DNA of 64,000 nucleotides from positions 2,560,001 through 2,624,000 of the forward strand of contig CBDCKW010000009.1 in NCBI GenBank assembly GCA_965218435.1. Reading direction: 5' to 3'. The notes below the pieces were generated by a model that saw nothing but the letters and a program-made list of their open reading frames with translations, was not told the DNA's origin and ran no database searches. Position 1 is the stretch's first letter. Every line of letters starts with the position of its first letter. Of the stretch, positions 51,330-60,494 are shown one piece after another. The position numbers and the translations under genes are program-made. This DNA comes from Truepera sp. (GTDB lineage Bacteria; Deinococcota; Deinococci; Deinococcales; Trueperaceae).

Positions 51330-52103
51330 GTGTCCGACCCGTTCGCCCACAAAACGTACTTACACCTGGCTGACGACCCGGCGTTACCCGTTCAATTCTC
51401 AACCGGCAAAAGGCTGCGGGCGCTGCAAGTGCAGAGCTTTTTGAAGACCTTGAGCGAGGCGGCGGCGGCAAAAACCCCGTCTGAAACAGCGGCGTGCAGC
51501 CTTAACCTAGCCGTGCTGAGCAGCGCCGATTGGCGGCGTTTATTGTCAGCGCCGTACGGCTGGGGTGTCGCGCGGCGCTCTGAGGGCGTGGTCAGCTTGG
51601 CGCTCCCAGCAGCGTATCCGCCGCGGCTTATCGCCCGGTGGGACGCTGTAAGGCTACGGGCAGGACAGCAGGGGGTGCGTGCGCCGGGGAGTGTCGGCGC
51701 GTATATCGACGCACTCTTAGGGCTCGAGTGGGCGCACGCGCTGCTCCTCACCCGGCAGCAGGGCCGTGCGACGCGCCCCTGGCTCCGCGAGGTGGCAGCG
51801 GCGCACCTCTATCAAGCTGCGCTCGTTCAACTGGGAGATGTGCAGCGGCTCGAGTACCTCGACATGTGGGCGCGGCTGCAGCAAGCAGGGGCCGTACCCG
51901 AAATCCAAGCAAGCAGTCCCGAAGCATTTAGCTATCCGCGAGCCAAGCAGCCCTTTGAGGCGCTGCTCTGGGCGCAGAGTGCGTTGTGGCTACGGGCCGC
52001 GCAGCTGGGCGAAGCGTACCACTGGACACTTACGGCGGCGGAAGTCCGGGACCAACTGCGAGCTGAGGCTAGGGCTGCGTTTACCCGTCCCCTGACAGAG
52101 TAG
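51330..52103 (+). CDS. Hypothetical protein
   Basis: 257-aa ORF with leaderless TAAAGT-N5-GTG, filling the gap between known genes. Confidence 0.65.
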   Translation: MSDPFAHKTYLHLADDPALPVQFSTGKRLRALQVQSFLKTLSEAAAAKTPSETAACSLNLAVLSSADWRRLLSAPYGWGVARRSEGVVSLALPAAYPPRLIARWDAVRLRAGQQGVRAPGSVGAYIDALLGLEWAHALLLTRQQGRATRPWLREVAAAHLYQAALVQLGDVQRLEYLDMWARLQQAGAVPEIQASSPEAFSYPRAKQPFEALLWAQSALWLRAAQLGEAYHWTLTAAEVRDQLRAEARAAFTRPLTE

Positions 52104-53775
52104 ACCCCAGCAGGGTAGAAACCGGGGTGTCGGCGCGGCTTTCGCGGTAATGGTGCTCTAACAGGGACGCGAGCTCATCTGAAACGCGGGGGGCCAGCCA
52201 CGCGGCGATGCGTTCGTGCAGGCTCGGGCGTTCGCTGAGCGGCACCGTGAGGAGCGCGGCGCGGCGCAGCAGTTCGCTGCGAAAGCGGAGTTCGGTCTCT
52301 CCGGGTAGACTCGAGTACAGCTCTTTAGCCAACAACTCTTCGCTGAGCAGTGCTTCGATATCTGCGCCCTTAACGTCGGCAAGGTGCGCTGTGAGGTGCG
52401 CGGCCAGCCCCGTCCACGACCGCTCCCCGACGAGCGCCAGCTGCGCGAGCAGATAACGCTGCGCCTGCGGCAGCATATCGAGGCGCGCTTGCAAAAGTGA
52501 AGTCAGTGAACCTGAAAACGACCCGGTGCGGGCGTTGCTGAGGGTGCGGCCGAGCTCGATGGTGTAGGCCGGATTACCGCCGGTCTCGCCGACCAGCGAG
52601 GTCGTTACGAGCCGCAAACTTGGGTCAACGAGCTCTTCTAAAATACTTAAGCAAGCGTCTTTCGGCAGGGGTGCTAACGCAAGCTCCGCCGCGCCTACAG
52701 GGGCGGGTTTACGGGAGAGCCGCAGGTGCAAAAGGGGCGTAGGGAACGCTCCAGGAGGCGGTAGAGCTTGGCGTGGTCCATCGGAGATAAGGAGAAGTTG
52801 CGCCGCGCCGCGCCCTGATTCCGCTTGTGACTCTGGTGGTGATTCCAGTTGCAAGTCAGCTGAACCTTGCAAGTCCGAAATCTGCCCAAAAGGATGCACG
52901 GAAGCAGCTGTAGGGTCGGACCCCAACCACACGACTTGCGCCAGCCCCTGCACCCTGACCGCCTCGCTAAACTCACGCACTAACCGCGTTTTGCCGCTCC
53001 CCGCCTCACCGACGATCCACAGTTCTTGCGCCGTTTCCTGCGTTCTGGCCCGTTCTAGTGCGCCCCACAGGGCGATCATCTCAGCGTTCCGCCCGACGAA
53101 CTTGAGCTGCGCGTAAGGGTCGCGCTGCCGCGCCTCGTGCATAAAACGCTGTGCCTGCGTGATGTCGGGAAACCCGGCGAGGGTAAGCACCGGGCTCGGC
53201 TCGTAGCGCAGGCTGTGCCGTGTGGCGCGGTATGTTTCCGGCCCGACCCAAACCTCGCCGGGCGTGGCGGCGGCCTCGAGCCGCGCTGCCAAATTGACCG
53301 CGCTGCCCATCACGGTATAGTCCTTGATTTTGCCCGACCCCAAATTTCCGGCGATCACCAAGCCGGTATTGACGCCCGCTCGCCCTTTAAGCGGGTAGCC
53401 CTTGCTCCGGCCCATCGCCTCAATCGCTCGCAACCCTTCGGCCGCTGCCAAAACTGCCCGCTCCGGGTCGTTCGGGTGCGCGTTGGGAGCACCAAAAAGC
53501 GCAATCAGCCCGTCACCCTGAAACGCGTCAATATAGCCGTCATACTCTTCAATGATGCCTGCGACAACGCTCAGTACGTCGTCGGCCAAGTCACGAAGTT
53601 TTTCGGGGTCAAAGTCCCGGGTCAAGGTGCTAAAACCGGTCAGGTCAACGAAGACGGTCGTGACCCGCCGCCGTTCGCGCCGCGCCGGGGCCACCGCTAG
53701 AGGCGCGCCGCACATCCCGCAAAAGCGCATCGAGGCAGGGTTTTCAGCGGCGCAGTTCGGGCAGCGAAGACTCAT
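52081..53775 (-). CDS. Class III adenylate/guanylate cyclase with N-terminal zinc ribbon and shortened AAA/STAND ATPase region
   Basis: CPNC...FCGMCG; FVDLTGFS, GDG, GVNTG, DYTVMGSAVNLAARLE; GEAGSGKT. Confidence 0.88.
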   Translation of the reverse strand: MSLRCPNCAAENPASMRFCGMCGAPLAVAPARRERRRVTTVFVDLTGFSTLTRDFDPEKLRDLADDVLSVVAGIIEEYDGYIDAFQGDGLIALFGAPNAHPNDPERAVLAAAEGLRAIEAMGRSKGYPLKGRAGVNTGLVIAGNLGSGKIKDYTVMGSAVNLAARLEAAATPGEVWVGPETYRATRHSLRYEPSPVLTLAGFPDITQAQRFMHEARQRDPYAQLKFVGRNAEMIALWGALERARTQETAQELWIVGEAGSGKTRLVREFSEAVRVQGLAQVVWLGSDPTAASVHPFGQISDLQGSADLQLESPPESQAESGRGAAQLLLISDGPRQALPPPGAFPTPLLHLRLSRKPAPVGAAELALAPLPKDACLSILEELVDPSLRLVTTSLVGETGGNPAYTIELGRTLSNARTGSFSGSLTSLLQARLDMLPQAQRYLLAQLALVGERSWTGLAAHLTAHLADVKGADIEALLSEELLAKELYSSLPGETELRFRSELLRRAALLTVPLSERPSLHERIAAWLAPRVSDELASLLEHHYRESRADTPVSTLLGSTLSGDG

Positions 53776-53906
53776 TACCTTAGATTATACGCAGCCCGTC
53801 TTAAGGCATTCTTAAGGCGTTGGGAAGAAAATATTCATCTGGCTTTCATCTTTAGAGGGCTCGAGCTCCCAAACGCTGCAAAGCAAGTGAAGTTCCTTTC
53901 ACTCTG

Positions 53907-53948
53907 AAAAGATGTAATAGACAGTTGGTCTTTTCGCCTATTACATCT
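53907..53948 (-). terminator. Probable terminator hairpin after the beta-propeller lipoprotein gene
   Basis: 11-bp perfect arms AGATGTAATAG / CTATTACATCT, followed by a short T run on the minus strand. Confidence 0.65.
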
Positions 53949-53966
53949 CACAATTGGTGACTACAG

Positions 53967-55352
53967 CTAGTTTTTTACCCAGTAGGCTTCTAAGTCGCTG
54001 GGGTACCCACCGCCTTGATCTTCTTCATCTGATCTATCGTTAGCCGCGACCAAGAAAGCGTCACTGTAGCTTCCTCCGGACGTGGCCGAATAACCCGCAA
54101 GATAGAGGCGTGTTTGCGGATTGCCATATGAGTCTGTGGTCATCGTCGTAGCAATACCGAGCGGATAGGTGATGGAATCAAGTACACCACGCTCACCGGG
54201 GGCTTTAAGTGGAGAAAACCAGTCCTGCTCACCTTCTGGTGAATAGCGGAGTGCGTAACCATAGGTTAAGCGTTTTTCCGTTTCTACTGTACCAACGACG
54301 TAAAGCCTACCCCTAGCATCTACTGCCGTCTCACTTAGCGCCCAGTAAGGTTCGGGCTCGAGGGTTTTATTCCACAACAAGTTGCCTTCACCGTCGAACT
54401 TGGTAATTGTAGCGGTACCGTCATCGTAGATTCTATCGGCTTTATCTATACCCGTTACGACATACACACGCGCTTCACCTGAGACTGCTAACGACACGGA
54501 AAAGTCATCATGGGAGTTAGGGATTATCTTTTCCCACAAGGTTTCACTGTCCGTCGTCAGTTTGCGCAATTTGCTCACCGCACCTTCGGGATTGTCTTCG
54601 TAGCTGCAGAGTTTTTTTACACCAGCCGTGTAGACGCTATCTCCTGACACGGCTACCTTTTCTGTGTCTGAGAAGCCGCCCGGTTTCTCCCAGAGTTTCT
54701 GACCGTTCGTGTCATACTTGAGTAAGGCGGCATCTTGGCCTACCTTGCTACATGGTCCCCCACGACGAGCGATGAGATAGGCGTTTCCATCGGTAGCTAC
54801 AGCAAAGTCATTAGCGAGTTGACCTAAACCCCCCTGGTCGTCATCATGATATTCGGCCACTTGTTCGTCCCAAAGACGCGTCCCGTCAACTGTGTACTTG
54901 CTAAGGTAGGTCGTTATAACGTCGCCTTCACCGGTATTTGTCTGGCTCAAAGCGTAGGCGTTCCCTACGTCATCCGAAGCTACAGCGACGCTCGAGTCTG
55001 CACACTCCGGTGGTGAGCCAGGGTCGGGCTCGACATTAGGTACAAAAGGGGGGTCTTCACAGCGGTCTACCCGCTGCTCCCACGCGAGTTTTCCCTCCGC
55101 GCTGTAACGCCGTAAAAACCAAAAATCAACGTCTTTGCGGTCGTTGACCTCACCGATGTCACCTGCCGTAAAACCGACAACCAGCACGTCACCGTTTGGC
55201 GTCACTGCAACGTCTACTGCTGCGTCGGCAAGCTCGGTGCTCATCGAAGCGGGCGGTGAGAAGTCCGGGGCAGTTGACGGTTCGGGCGTCGGCACATTTT
55301 GGCTACAACCAACTAGCAAAGCGAGCAGGGTAAAACGCAAAAGACGGTTCAT
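53967..55352 (-). CDS. Lipoprotein with beta-propeller (SBBP/PQQ-like) repeats
   Basis: Lipobox LLVGC; repeated KY..dG..LW and VAV..dG..YV motifs; AGGAGG RBS. Confidence 0.8.
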   Translation of the reverse strand: MNRLLRFTLLALLVGCSQNVPTPEPSTAPDFSPPASMSTELADAAVDVAVTPNGDVLVVGFTAGDIGEVNDRKDVDFWFLRRYSAEGKLAWEQRVDRCEDPPFVPNVEPDPGSPPECADSSVAVASDDVGNAYALSQTNTGEGDVITTYLSKYTVDGTRLWDEQVAEYHDDDQGGLGQLANDFAVATDGNAYLIARRGGPCSKVGQDAALLKYDTNGQKLWEKPGGFSDTEKVAVSGDSVYTAGVKKLCSYEDNPEGAVSKLRKLTTDSETLWEKIIPNSHDDFSVSLAVSGEARVYVVTGIDKADRIYDDGTATITKFDGEGNLLWNKTLEPEPYWALSETAVDARGRLYVVGTVETEKRLTYGYALRYSPEGEQDWFSPLKAPGERGVLDSITYPLGIATTMTTDSYGNPQTRLYLAGYSATSGGSYSDAFLVAANDRSDEEDQGGGYPSDLEAYWVKN

Positions 55353-55662
55353 AAACCTCCTGGACTCCTACGCGTTTTTGTAGACGTAACGGCTTTCGGG
55401 GCGCAATGCTGACTAACTATAGCTAGCTTTGGCTTGCTAAGCGAGTAAAAAGAGTGTTCACAAACTTCACATACTTGAGCCGTACCGGTAGCTTGTAGCC
55501 GGATAAAGCTCGTAGTTTTACACCTCTCGAGACACTTGTTAAGACGCTGTTTGGCTCGAGCCTTACAAAGCTAAAAATCGTCTTATACATACACATCAGC
55601 AGCTGCTAAAAAGCTCAGAATAGAGTAGTGCGGCGTTGCCGCCAAGGGGCTCAAAACTTTTT

Positions 55663-57573
55663 ATGACAACCACGCATAACCAACACCACACGCACACTAC
55701 AGTTCCGCCCAAGGGCCGCTACCTCTTTACACTGGCGCTTGGCGCGCTTGGCATCGTCTACGGCGACATCGGCACCAGCCCGCTCTACGCGCTGCGCGAG
55801 TCATTCGCCACCGGGCGCGGCACAGCGCCTACGCCTGAAAACGTCTTGGGAATTTTGTCCCTTATCTTTTGGTCACTGATTATCGTGATTTCAGTGAAGT
55901 ATCTGGCCTTTATCATGCGCGCCGACAACCACGGCGAAGGGGGCATTCTGGCCTTGACCTCGCTCGTAACGCCGATGCAGGTTAAACGGGGCGGTGGCCG
56001 CTGGCTGCTCATCTCGCTCGGGCTTTTCGGGACGGCGCTCCTCTACGGCGACGGCGTAATTACCCCGGCGATTTCAGTCCTCAGCGCCGTTGAAGGCTTA
56101 GGGGTGGCGACGCCTCTTTTCGAGCCTTATATTTTACCCCTGACCATCGGCATTCTTGCGGTTCTCTTCGTAGCGCAGCGCCTCGGGACGGGCGGCGTCG
56201 GCAAGATATTCGGCCCCATTACGGTGGTCTGGTTTGTCACCCTGGCAGCTTTAGGCGTCGCTCAGATTGTGCAGCACCCCGGCGTCTTGGTGGCCGCTAG
56301 TCCGGGTTACGCGCTCTCTTTTTTTCTCAGGAACGGTTGGCAAGGATTTTTAGTGCTCGGGTCGGTGTTTTTGGTCGTGACGGGCGGGGAGGCTCTTTAC
56401 GCCGACATGGGTCACTTCGGGCGGCGTCCGATCCGGCTGGTCTGGTTCGGGATCGTGTTACCGGCCTTGCTGCTCAACTACTTTGGTCAAGCAGCACTCA
56501 TTTTGAACGATCCCAAAACGGTAGAAAACCCTTTTTATCAGATGGTGCCGAGTTGGGGGCTTTATCCGGTGGTGATTCTGGCAACGCTGGCGACTGTGAT
56601 CGCCTCACAAGCCCTGATTTCCGGAGCCTTTTCGCTGACTGCGCAGGCGGTGCAACTCGGCTATTTGCCCCGCGTGCGTATCTTGCATACGTCGCGTAAA
56701 GAGTACGGACAGGTCTATATCCCGGCGGTCAACTGGCTTTTGATGGTGACCTGTATCGGGCTTGTCCTCAGCTTTCAGTCGTCGTCAAACCTAGCTGCCG
56801 CTTACGGCGTCGCGGTCACGATGACGATGGCGATTACCACGCTGCTCTTTTACTTTGTCGCCAGGGAGCGTTGGCACTGGCCCCTGTGGGCGGTAACGCC
56901 GTTATGCACCTTCTTTTTCATGATAGACCTAGCATTTTTCGGGGCGAATGTACTCAAAATTCCGCAGGGCGGTTGGTTTCCGCTCGTTGTCGCTATCGGG
57001 ATTTTTACCCTGATGACCACCTGGAAACGGGGCCGGATGATCTTGGCAGAAAGGCTTGACGAGCGCGTCGCGCCTTTTAACGAGTTTTTAGAGCATGTCG
57101 CCCAAACCAACCCCGTGCGAGTTCCGGGTACCGCCGTCTTTATGTCACGGAAGCCAACCGACACACCCTACTCGCTGGCGCAAAACTTCGAGGTCTACAA
57201 ATGTCTGCACGAGCAGGTTATTTTGCTCACCGTAGAGACCGCCGAAGTGCCGCGTATCCGGCGGGGTAGACATATTGACGTAACGCCGCTCGGCAGCGGC
57301 TTTACCAGGGTCGTCTTACGTTACGGGTTTATGGAGAGCCCAAACGTTCCTAAAGCACTCAGCCGCGTCTGTATCAACGGCAAAACCCTGTCAACCAGCG
57401 AGATTTCTTACTTCATCGGGCGGGAAACGCTTTTCGCCACCCCGCGTCCGGGGATGGCCCACTGGCGTGAACAGCTCTTCGCGCTGATGTCGCGTAACGC
57501 TCTTTCCGCATCGTCTTTTTATCGGCTACCGCCCGACCGGGTCATCGAGTTAGGCGTGCAGGTTGAGCTTTAG
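55663..57573 (+). CDS. kup: KUP/HAK potassium transporter
   Basis: GIVYGDIGTSPLY, ADNHGEGG, YGDGVITPAISVLSA, TGGEALYADMGHF, NLAAAYG, YGFME. Confidence 0.97.
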   Translation: MTTTHNQHHTHTTVPPKGRYLFTLALGALGIVYGDIGTSPLYALRESFATGRGTAPTPENVLGILSLIFWSLIIVISVKYLAFIMRADNHGEGGILALTSLVTPMQVKRGGGRWLLISLGLFGTALLYGDGVITPAISVLSAVEGLGVATPLFEPYILPLTIGILAVLFVAQRLGTGGVGKIFGPITVVWFVTLAALGVAQIVQHPGVLVAASPGYALSFFLRNGWQGFLVLGSVFLVVTGGEALYADMGHFGRRPIRLVWFGIVLPALLLNYFGQAALILNDPKTVENPFYQMVPSWGLYPVVILATLATVIASQALISGAFSLTAQAVQLGYLPRVRILHTSRKEYGQVYIPAVNWLLMVTCIGLVLSFQSSSNLAAAYGVAVTMTMAITTLLFYFVARERWHWPLWAVTPLCTFFFMIDLAFFGANVLKIPQGGWFPLVVAIGIFTLMTTWKRGRMILAERLDERVAPFNEFLEHVAQTNPVRVPGTAVFMSRKPTDTPYSLAQNFEVYKCLHEQVILLTVETAEVPRIRRGRHIDVTPLGSGFTRVVLRYGFMESPNVPKALSRVCINGKTLSTSEISYFIGRETLFATPRPGMAHWREQLFALMSRNALSASSFYRLPPDRVIELGVQVEL

Positions 57574-57679
57574 CTCATTTGCTCGGCTGATTTAGCAGTA
57601 GCTCGTAGTTACACTTACACATGCGTTAAAGGGCTAGGCACACGTTTGCAAATGCATGTCACATCGTCTAAAGTGCGCT

Positions 57680-58051
57680 ATGAAACCGACTGTAACGGTA
57701 GCGTTTTTAAGCATCATGTTGTGGTTGACGTCGTGCGCAACACAACCCACTCAGCCGCCATGCACCACTGAACTCTCGCCTATCGTTACCCCTACAAACA
57801 TTAATCTGCTGCCGGAGGAAACCGCGCAGCCTTCGTTCAAAGTTTTGAGTTGCGGGGGCAAGCTCGAGCTAGGTGTCACCCCACGCTGGGTATCGGCAGA
57901 CCCGAGCGTCGCAACTGTAGACGCCTCGAGCGGCCTTATCACAGCGCAGCTTGTTGGAGGAAACACGAAGATTACGGTATCAGAAGAAGAATACGGCACC
58001 AAGGCTACAGTTACCGTCAATGTCGCTGTCGTTGACCCTGTACCCCGGTAA
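57680..58051 (+). CDS. Lipoprotein with Ig-like (Big_2) domain
   Basis: Lipobox LTSC; WVSADPSVATVDASSGLITA...TKITV; leaderless TAAAGT-N5-ATG. Confidence 0.8.
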   Translation: MKPTVTVAFLSIMLWLTSCATQPTQPPCTTELSPIVTPTNINLLPEETAQPSFKVLSCGGKLELGVTPRWVSADPSVATVDASSGLITAQLVGGNTKITVSEEEYGTKATVTVNVAVVDPVPR

Positions 58052-58081
58052 AGCTCAGGACAGCCAAATCGTCGTTCCGAC

Positions 58082-59350
58082 TTACTGCAAGCCTAGCAGC
58101 GGAGCGGGGTCTTGGTACACGAGGTCAAACCCTTCTGAACGGCCGATGCGAAGTTGCAAAATATCGGGGGCGATGATGCCGCCGCCCAAATAGCCGATGA
58201 TGTCCCCTTGCTCCACGCGGTCACCCAGCTTGACCACGGGAACCTGCAGATTGGTATAGGCCGAGATAAGCCCGTCAGCGTGGCGCACGGCCACGGTAAA
58301 ACCGCTGTTAGCGGTAATCACCGAAGCGCGGTAGACGAGCCCGGAGCGCACCGCCCGCACCGCCGTACCGGGTTGCTGGGCGCGGAGCCACACGTCAGTT
58401 GCGCCGTCTTGACCGTAGGGGCGCACAACCACCGCACCGGGAAAGGGTTCAGCAAAGTCTTGTTCGTCAGTTGGCGCAGGCGTGTCGAGGCCGCGGATCA
58501 GACGCTCGAGCCGCGACGCTTCGGTGGCGAAGGTATCGTCTTTGGGCCTTTCAGGTTGGGCTTCGGCGAGTTGGGCTTGGCGGGCGGCCGCTTCACGGAG
58601 GCGCTCGAGTTCAGCTGCTAACGACCCGCGCGCACCGGTAAGCCGCGCTTCAACCCGGTTTTGCTCAGTCAGTAAGGCTTCACGCTGCGCGAGTTGCCCC
58701 GCCCGTGACCCGCTCAGCTCCGCGATAACCCCTTCCAAGTTAGCTTGCGCCGTCTTTAGAGCTTGCGCGTTGGCTTTAAGTGCGCGGCTCTGCTGGCCAA
58801 GCGCCTGTACCTGTCCGGTACGCTGGGCTCTGGCTTGGCGCAGCGCCTCGGTCGTAGTGTTAAACGTTTCCAGCAGGGCGACGTCTTGGTTGGTAAGTTG
58901 CCCCAAATAGTAGTTCCTAACCCGCAGCTTAAAGAGTGATTCGCTCTGCGTAAGAGCGCCAAAAAAACGCCCGCTACGGCGTTTGTGGAGGTTGACCAGC
59001 AGGTCTTGAAGCTGCCCTTTGAGGCCGTCGGCTTGGGCGCTGAGGCGTGTGATACGCTTCGCCGAAGCCCGCTGCTGCGTCCGTAGCCGCGCCGTTTGGG
59101 TGCGAATACGGCTCTGGTGGTTACTTAGCGCCACGATTTTTTCACCCAACCGGTCGCGCTCGGCGAGCTGCGCGTCGAGCTTCGTATTGGTATCTGAAAG
59201 CTGCGCGGCGAGAGTTGACAGCGCAGCTTCTCTCTCGGCCAAGACCTTCTCGTACGCAGCAATCTGCTCTTCTAACACCTTTTGCTTTTGTGCCCCAGCT
59301 ACCGGCAAAAGTGCGCCGAGTAACAGCAGGGTGAGCAAGACGCGCTTCAC
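58082..59350 (-). CDS. EnvC-like murein hydrolase activator (coiled coil plus degenerate M23/LytM domain)
   Basis: Signal peptide, long coiled coil, GTAVRAV..G.V and VKLGDRVEQGDIIG; Zn-ligand His residues absent; directly after ftsX. Confidence 0.8.
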   Translation of the reverse strand: MKRVLLTLLLLGALLPVAGAQKQKVLEEQIAAYEKVLAEREAALSTLAAQLSDTNTKLDAQLAERDRLGEKIVALSNHQSRIRTQTARLRTQQRASAKRITRLSAQADGLKGQLQDLLVNLHKRRSGRFFGALTQSESLFKLRVRNYYLGQLTNQDVALLETFNTTTEALRQARAQRTGQVQALGQQSRALKANAQALKTAQANLEGVIAELSGSRAGQLAQREALLTEQNRVEARLTGARGSLAAELERLREAAARQAQLAEAQPERPKDDTFATEASRLERLIRGLDTPAPTDEQDFAEPFPGAVVVRPYGQDGATDVWLRAQQPGTAVRAVRSGLVYRASVITANSGFTVAVRHADGLISAYTNLQVPVVKLGDRVEQGDIIGYLGGGIIAPDILQLRIGRSEGFDLVYQDPAPLLGLQ

Positions 59351-60211
59351 CTACAGCTCCTCTTGCAGGTACTGCGAGACCGACAAGGCGCTACCGATCA
59401 GTCCGACCAACAGGGCTAAGGCAATCAGCAACAGCGACAGCTGGGCGAGCGCGAAGGGATCGCGGACCAGGGGCAAAAACCGGAGCGTTTCCGAGAGCCG
59501 CAACGTCACGAAGCTGTACCCCGGTACGACCAGAAGCAGGGTCAGAAGTGCACTTAGCAAGCCTAAAAAAACGCCTTCAATGAGAAACGGCGAGCGGATA
59601 AAGCCGCGCGTCGCGCCGACCAAGCGCATGACTTCGATCTCTTCACGCCGCGCGGTAATAGCGGCCCGAATCGAGTTGACGATGGCAAACAGGGCGCTCG
59701 AGAGCAGCACCACGATTAAAACCGAGCCGATCAGCCGCAGCGCGTCGTTGATGGCTAAAAAAGTCGAGACCGCCTCGCCGCCGTCTTCAACCTCGGCCAC
59801 GCCGGGGAGCGCCCGCAGTTCAGCGGCGACGCGGGCCGTTTGTGCAGGGTCGGAGAGCCGCAAGTACAGGGAGTACGGTAACGGATTGTTAACCTCGCGG
59901 CTCGCGCTCGCAATATACGGGAGCTGCGTTTCCAAGTCTTGCAGCGCCTCGGCGGGTGAGACGAGTTGTACGTTCACCACCCCGTTCCAACCGCTGACCG
60001 TTTCTAACACACTTTGCGGCGCTGCGTCAGGGGACAAATAGGCGGCCAGCTCGAGCTCATTTTGCAGCTCACCTAAGTTGAGGTTGACATTGAGCGTCAG
60101 CAGACTAAATCCGGCTAGAATCGTCAGGGAAAGCGTCATCGTCGTCAGGGTGGAAATGCTCGCGATCCAGTTTTTGCGCATCGCACGTAGAGCTTGGCTA
60201 AGAGCGTACAT
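59351..60211 (-). CDS. ftsX: Cell division permease-like protein FtsX
   Basis: NPLPYS, NSIRAAITARREEIEVMRLVGATRGFIRSPFLIEG; GGAGG RBS before ATG 60211. Confidence 0.93.
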   Translation of the reverse strand: MYALSQALRAMRKNWIASISTLTTMTLSLTILAGFSLLTLNVNLNLGELQNELELAAYLSPDAAPQSVLETVSGWNGVVNVQLVSPAEALQDLETQLPYIASASREVNNPLPYSLYLRLSDPAQTARVAAELRALPGVAEVEDGGEAVSTFLAINDALRLIGSVLIVVLLSSALFAIVNSIRAAITARREEIEVMRLVGATRGFIRSPFLIEGVFLGLLSALLTLLLVVPGYSFVTLRLSETLRFLPLVRDPFALAQLSLLLIALALLVGLIGSALSVSQYLQEEL

Positions 60212-60494
60212 GGGTTCCTCCGGCAATCGTCCTTAAGCGTTTATACCAAACCCACCCCCTCAGGCTATGAGATGGGTTGGTTGGTCCACAGGTAACCGCC
60301 TGAGTCTGCGAAAAACCGGCTTGAGAATAGTCTGATGAACCCCGCTACAAGAGTCAGGCCACAAAAATCAAGCCGAACTGTTACGCTCGGCCTGACAGGA
60401 AAATCGCTACAGGGTGTCAATACAAGGCTGGGTTGACGCCCGATTTTATGCTGACTCCCTACTACTTACTTCTATCTTCTGACTCCTGTCTCCC

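Noticed and set aside
55353..55662. c-di-AMP (ydaO) riboswitch upstream of kup
   Set aside because: Conserved GCCGAATCC / GGGGGAACC-type elements were not seen.
59019..60041. Long antisense ORFs (also 20205-20876, 53137-53700, 62640-63260 and others)
   Set aside because: Shadow frames opposite well-supported genes in GC-rich DNA.
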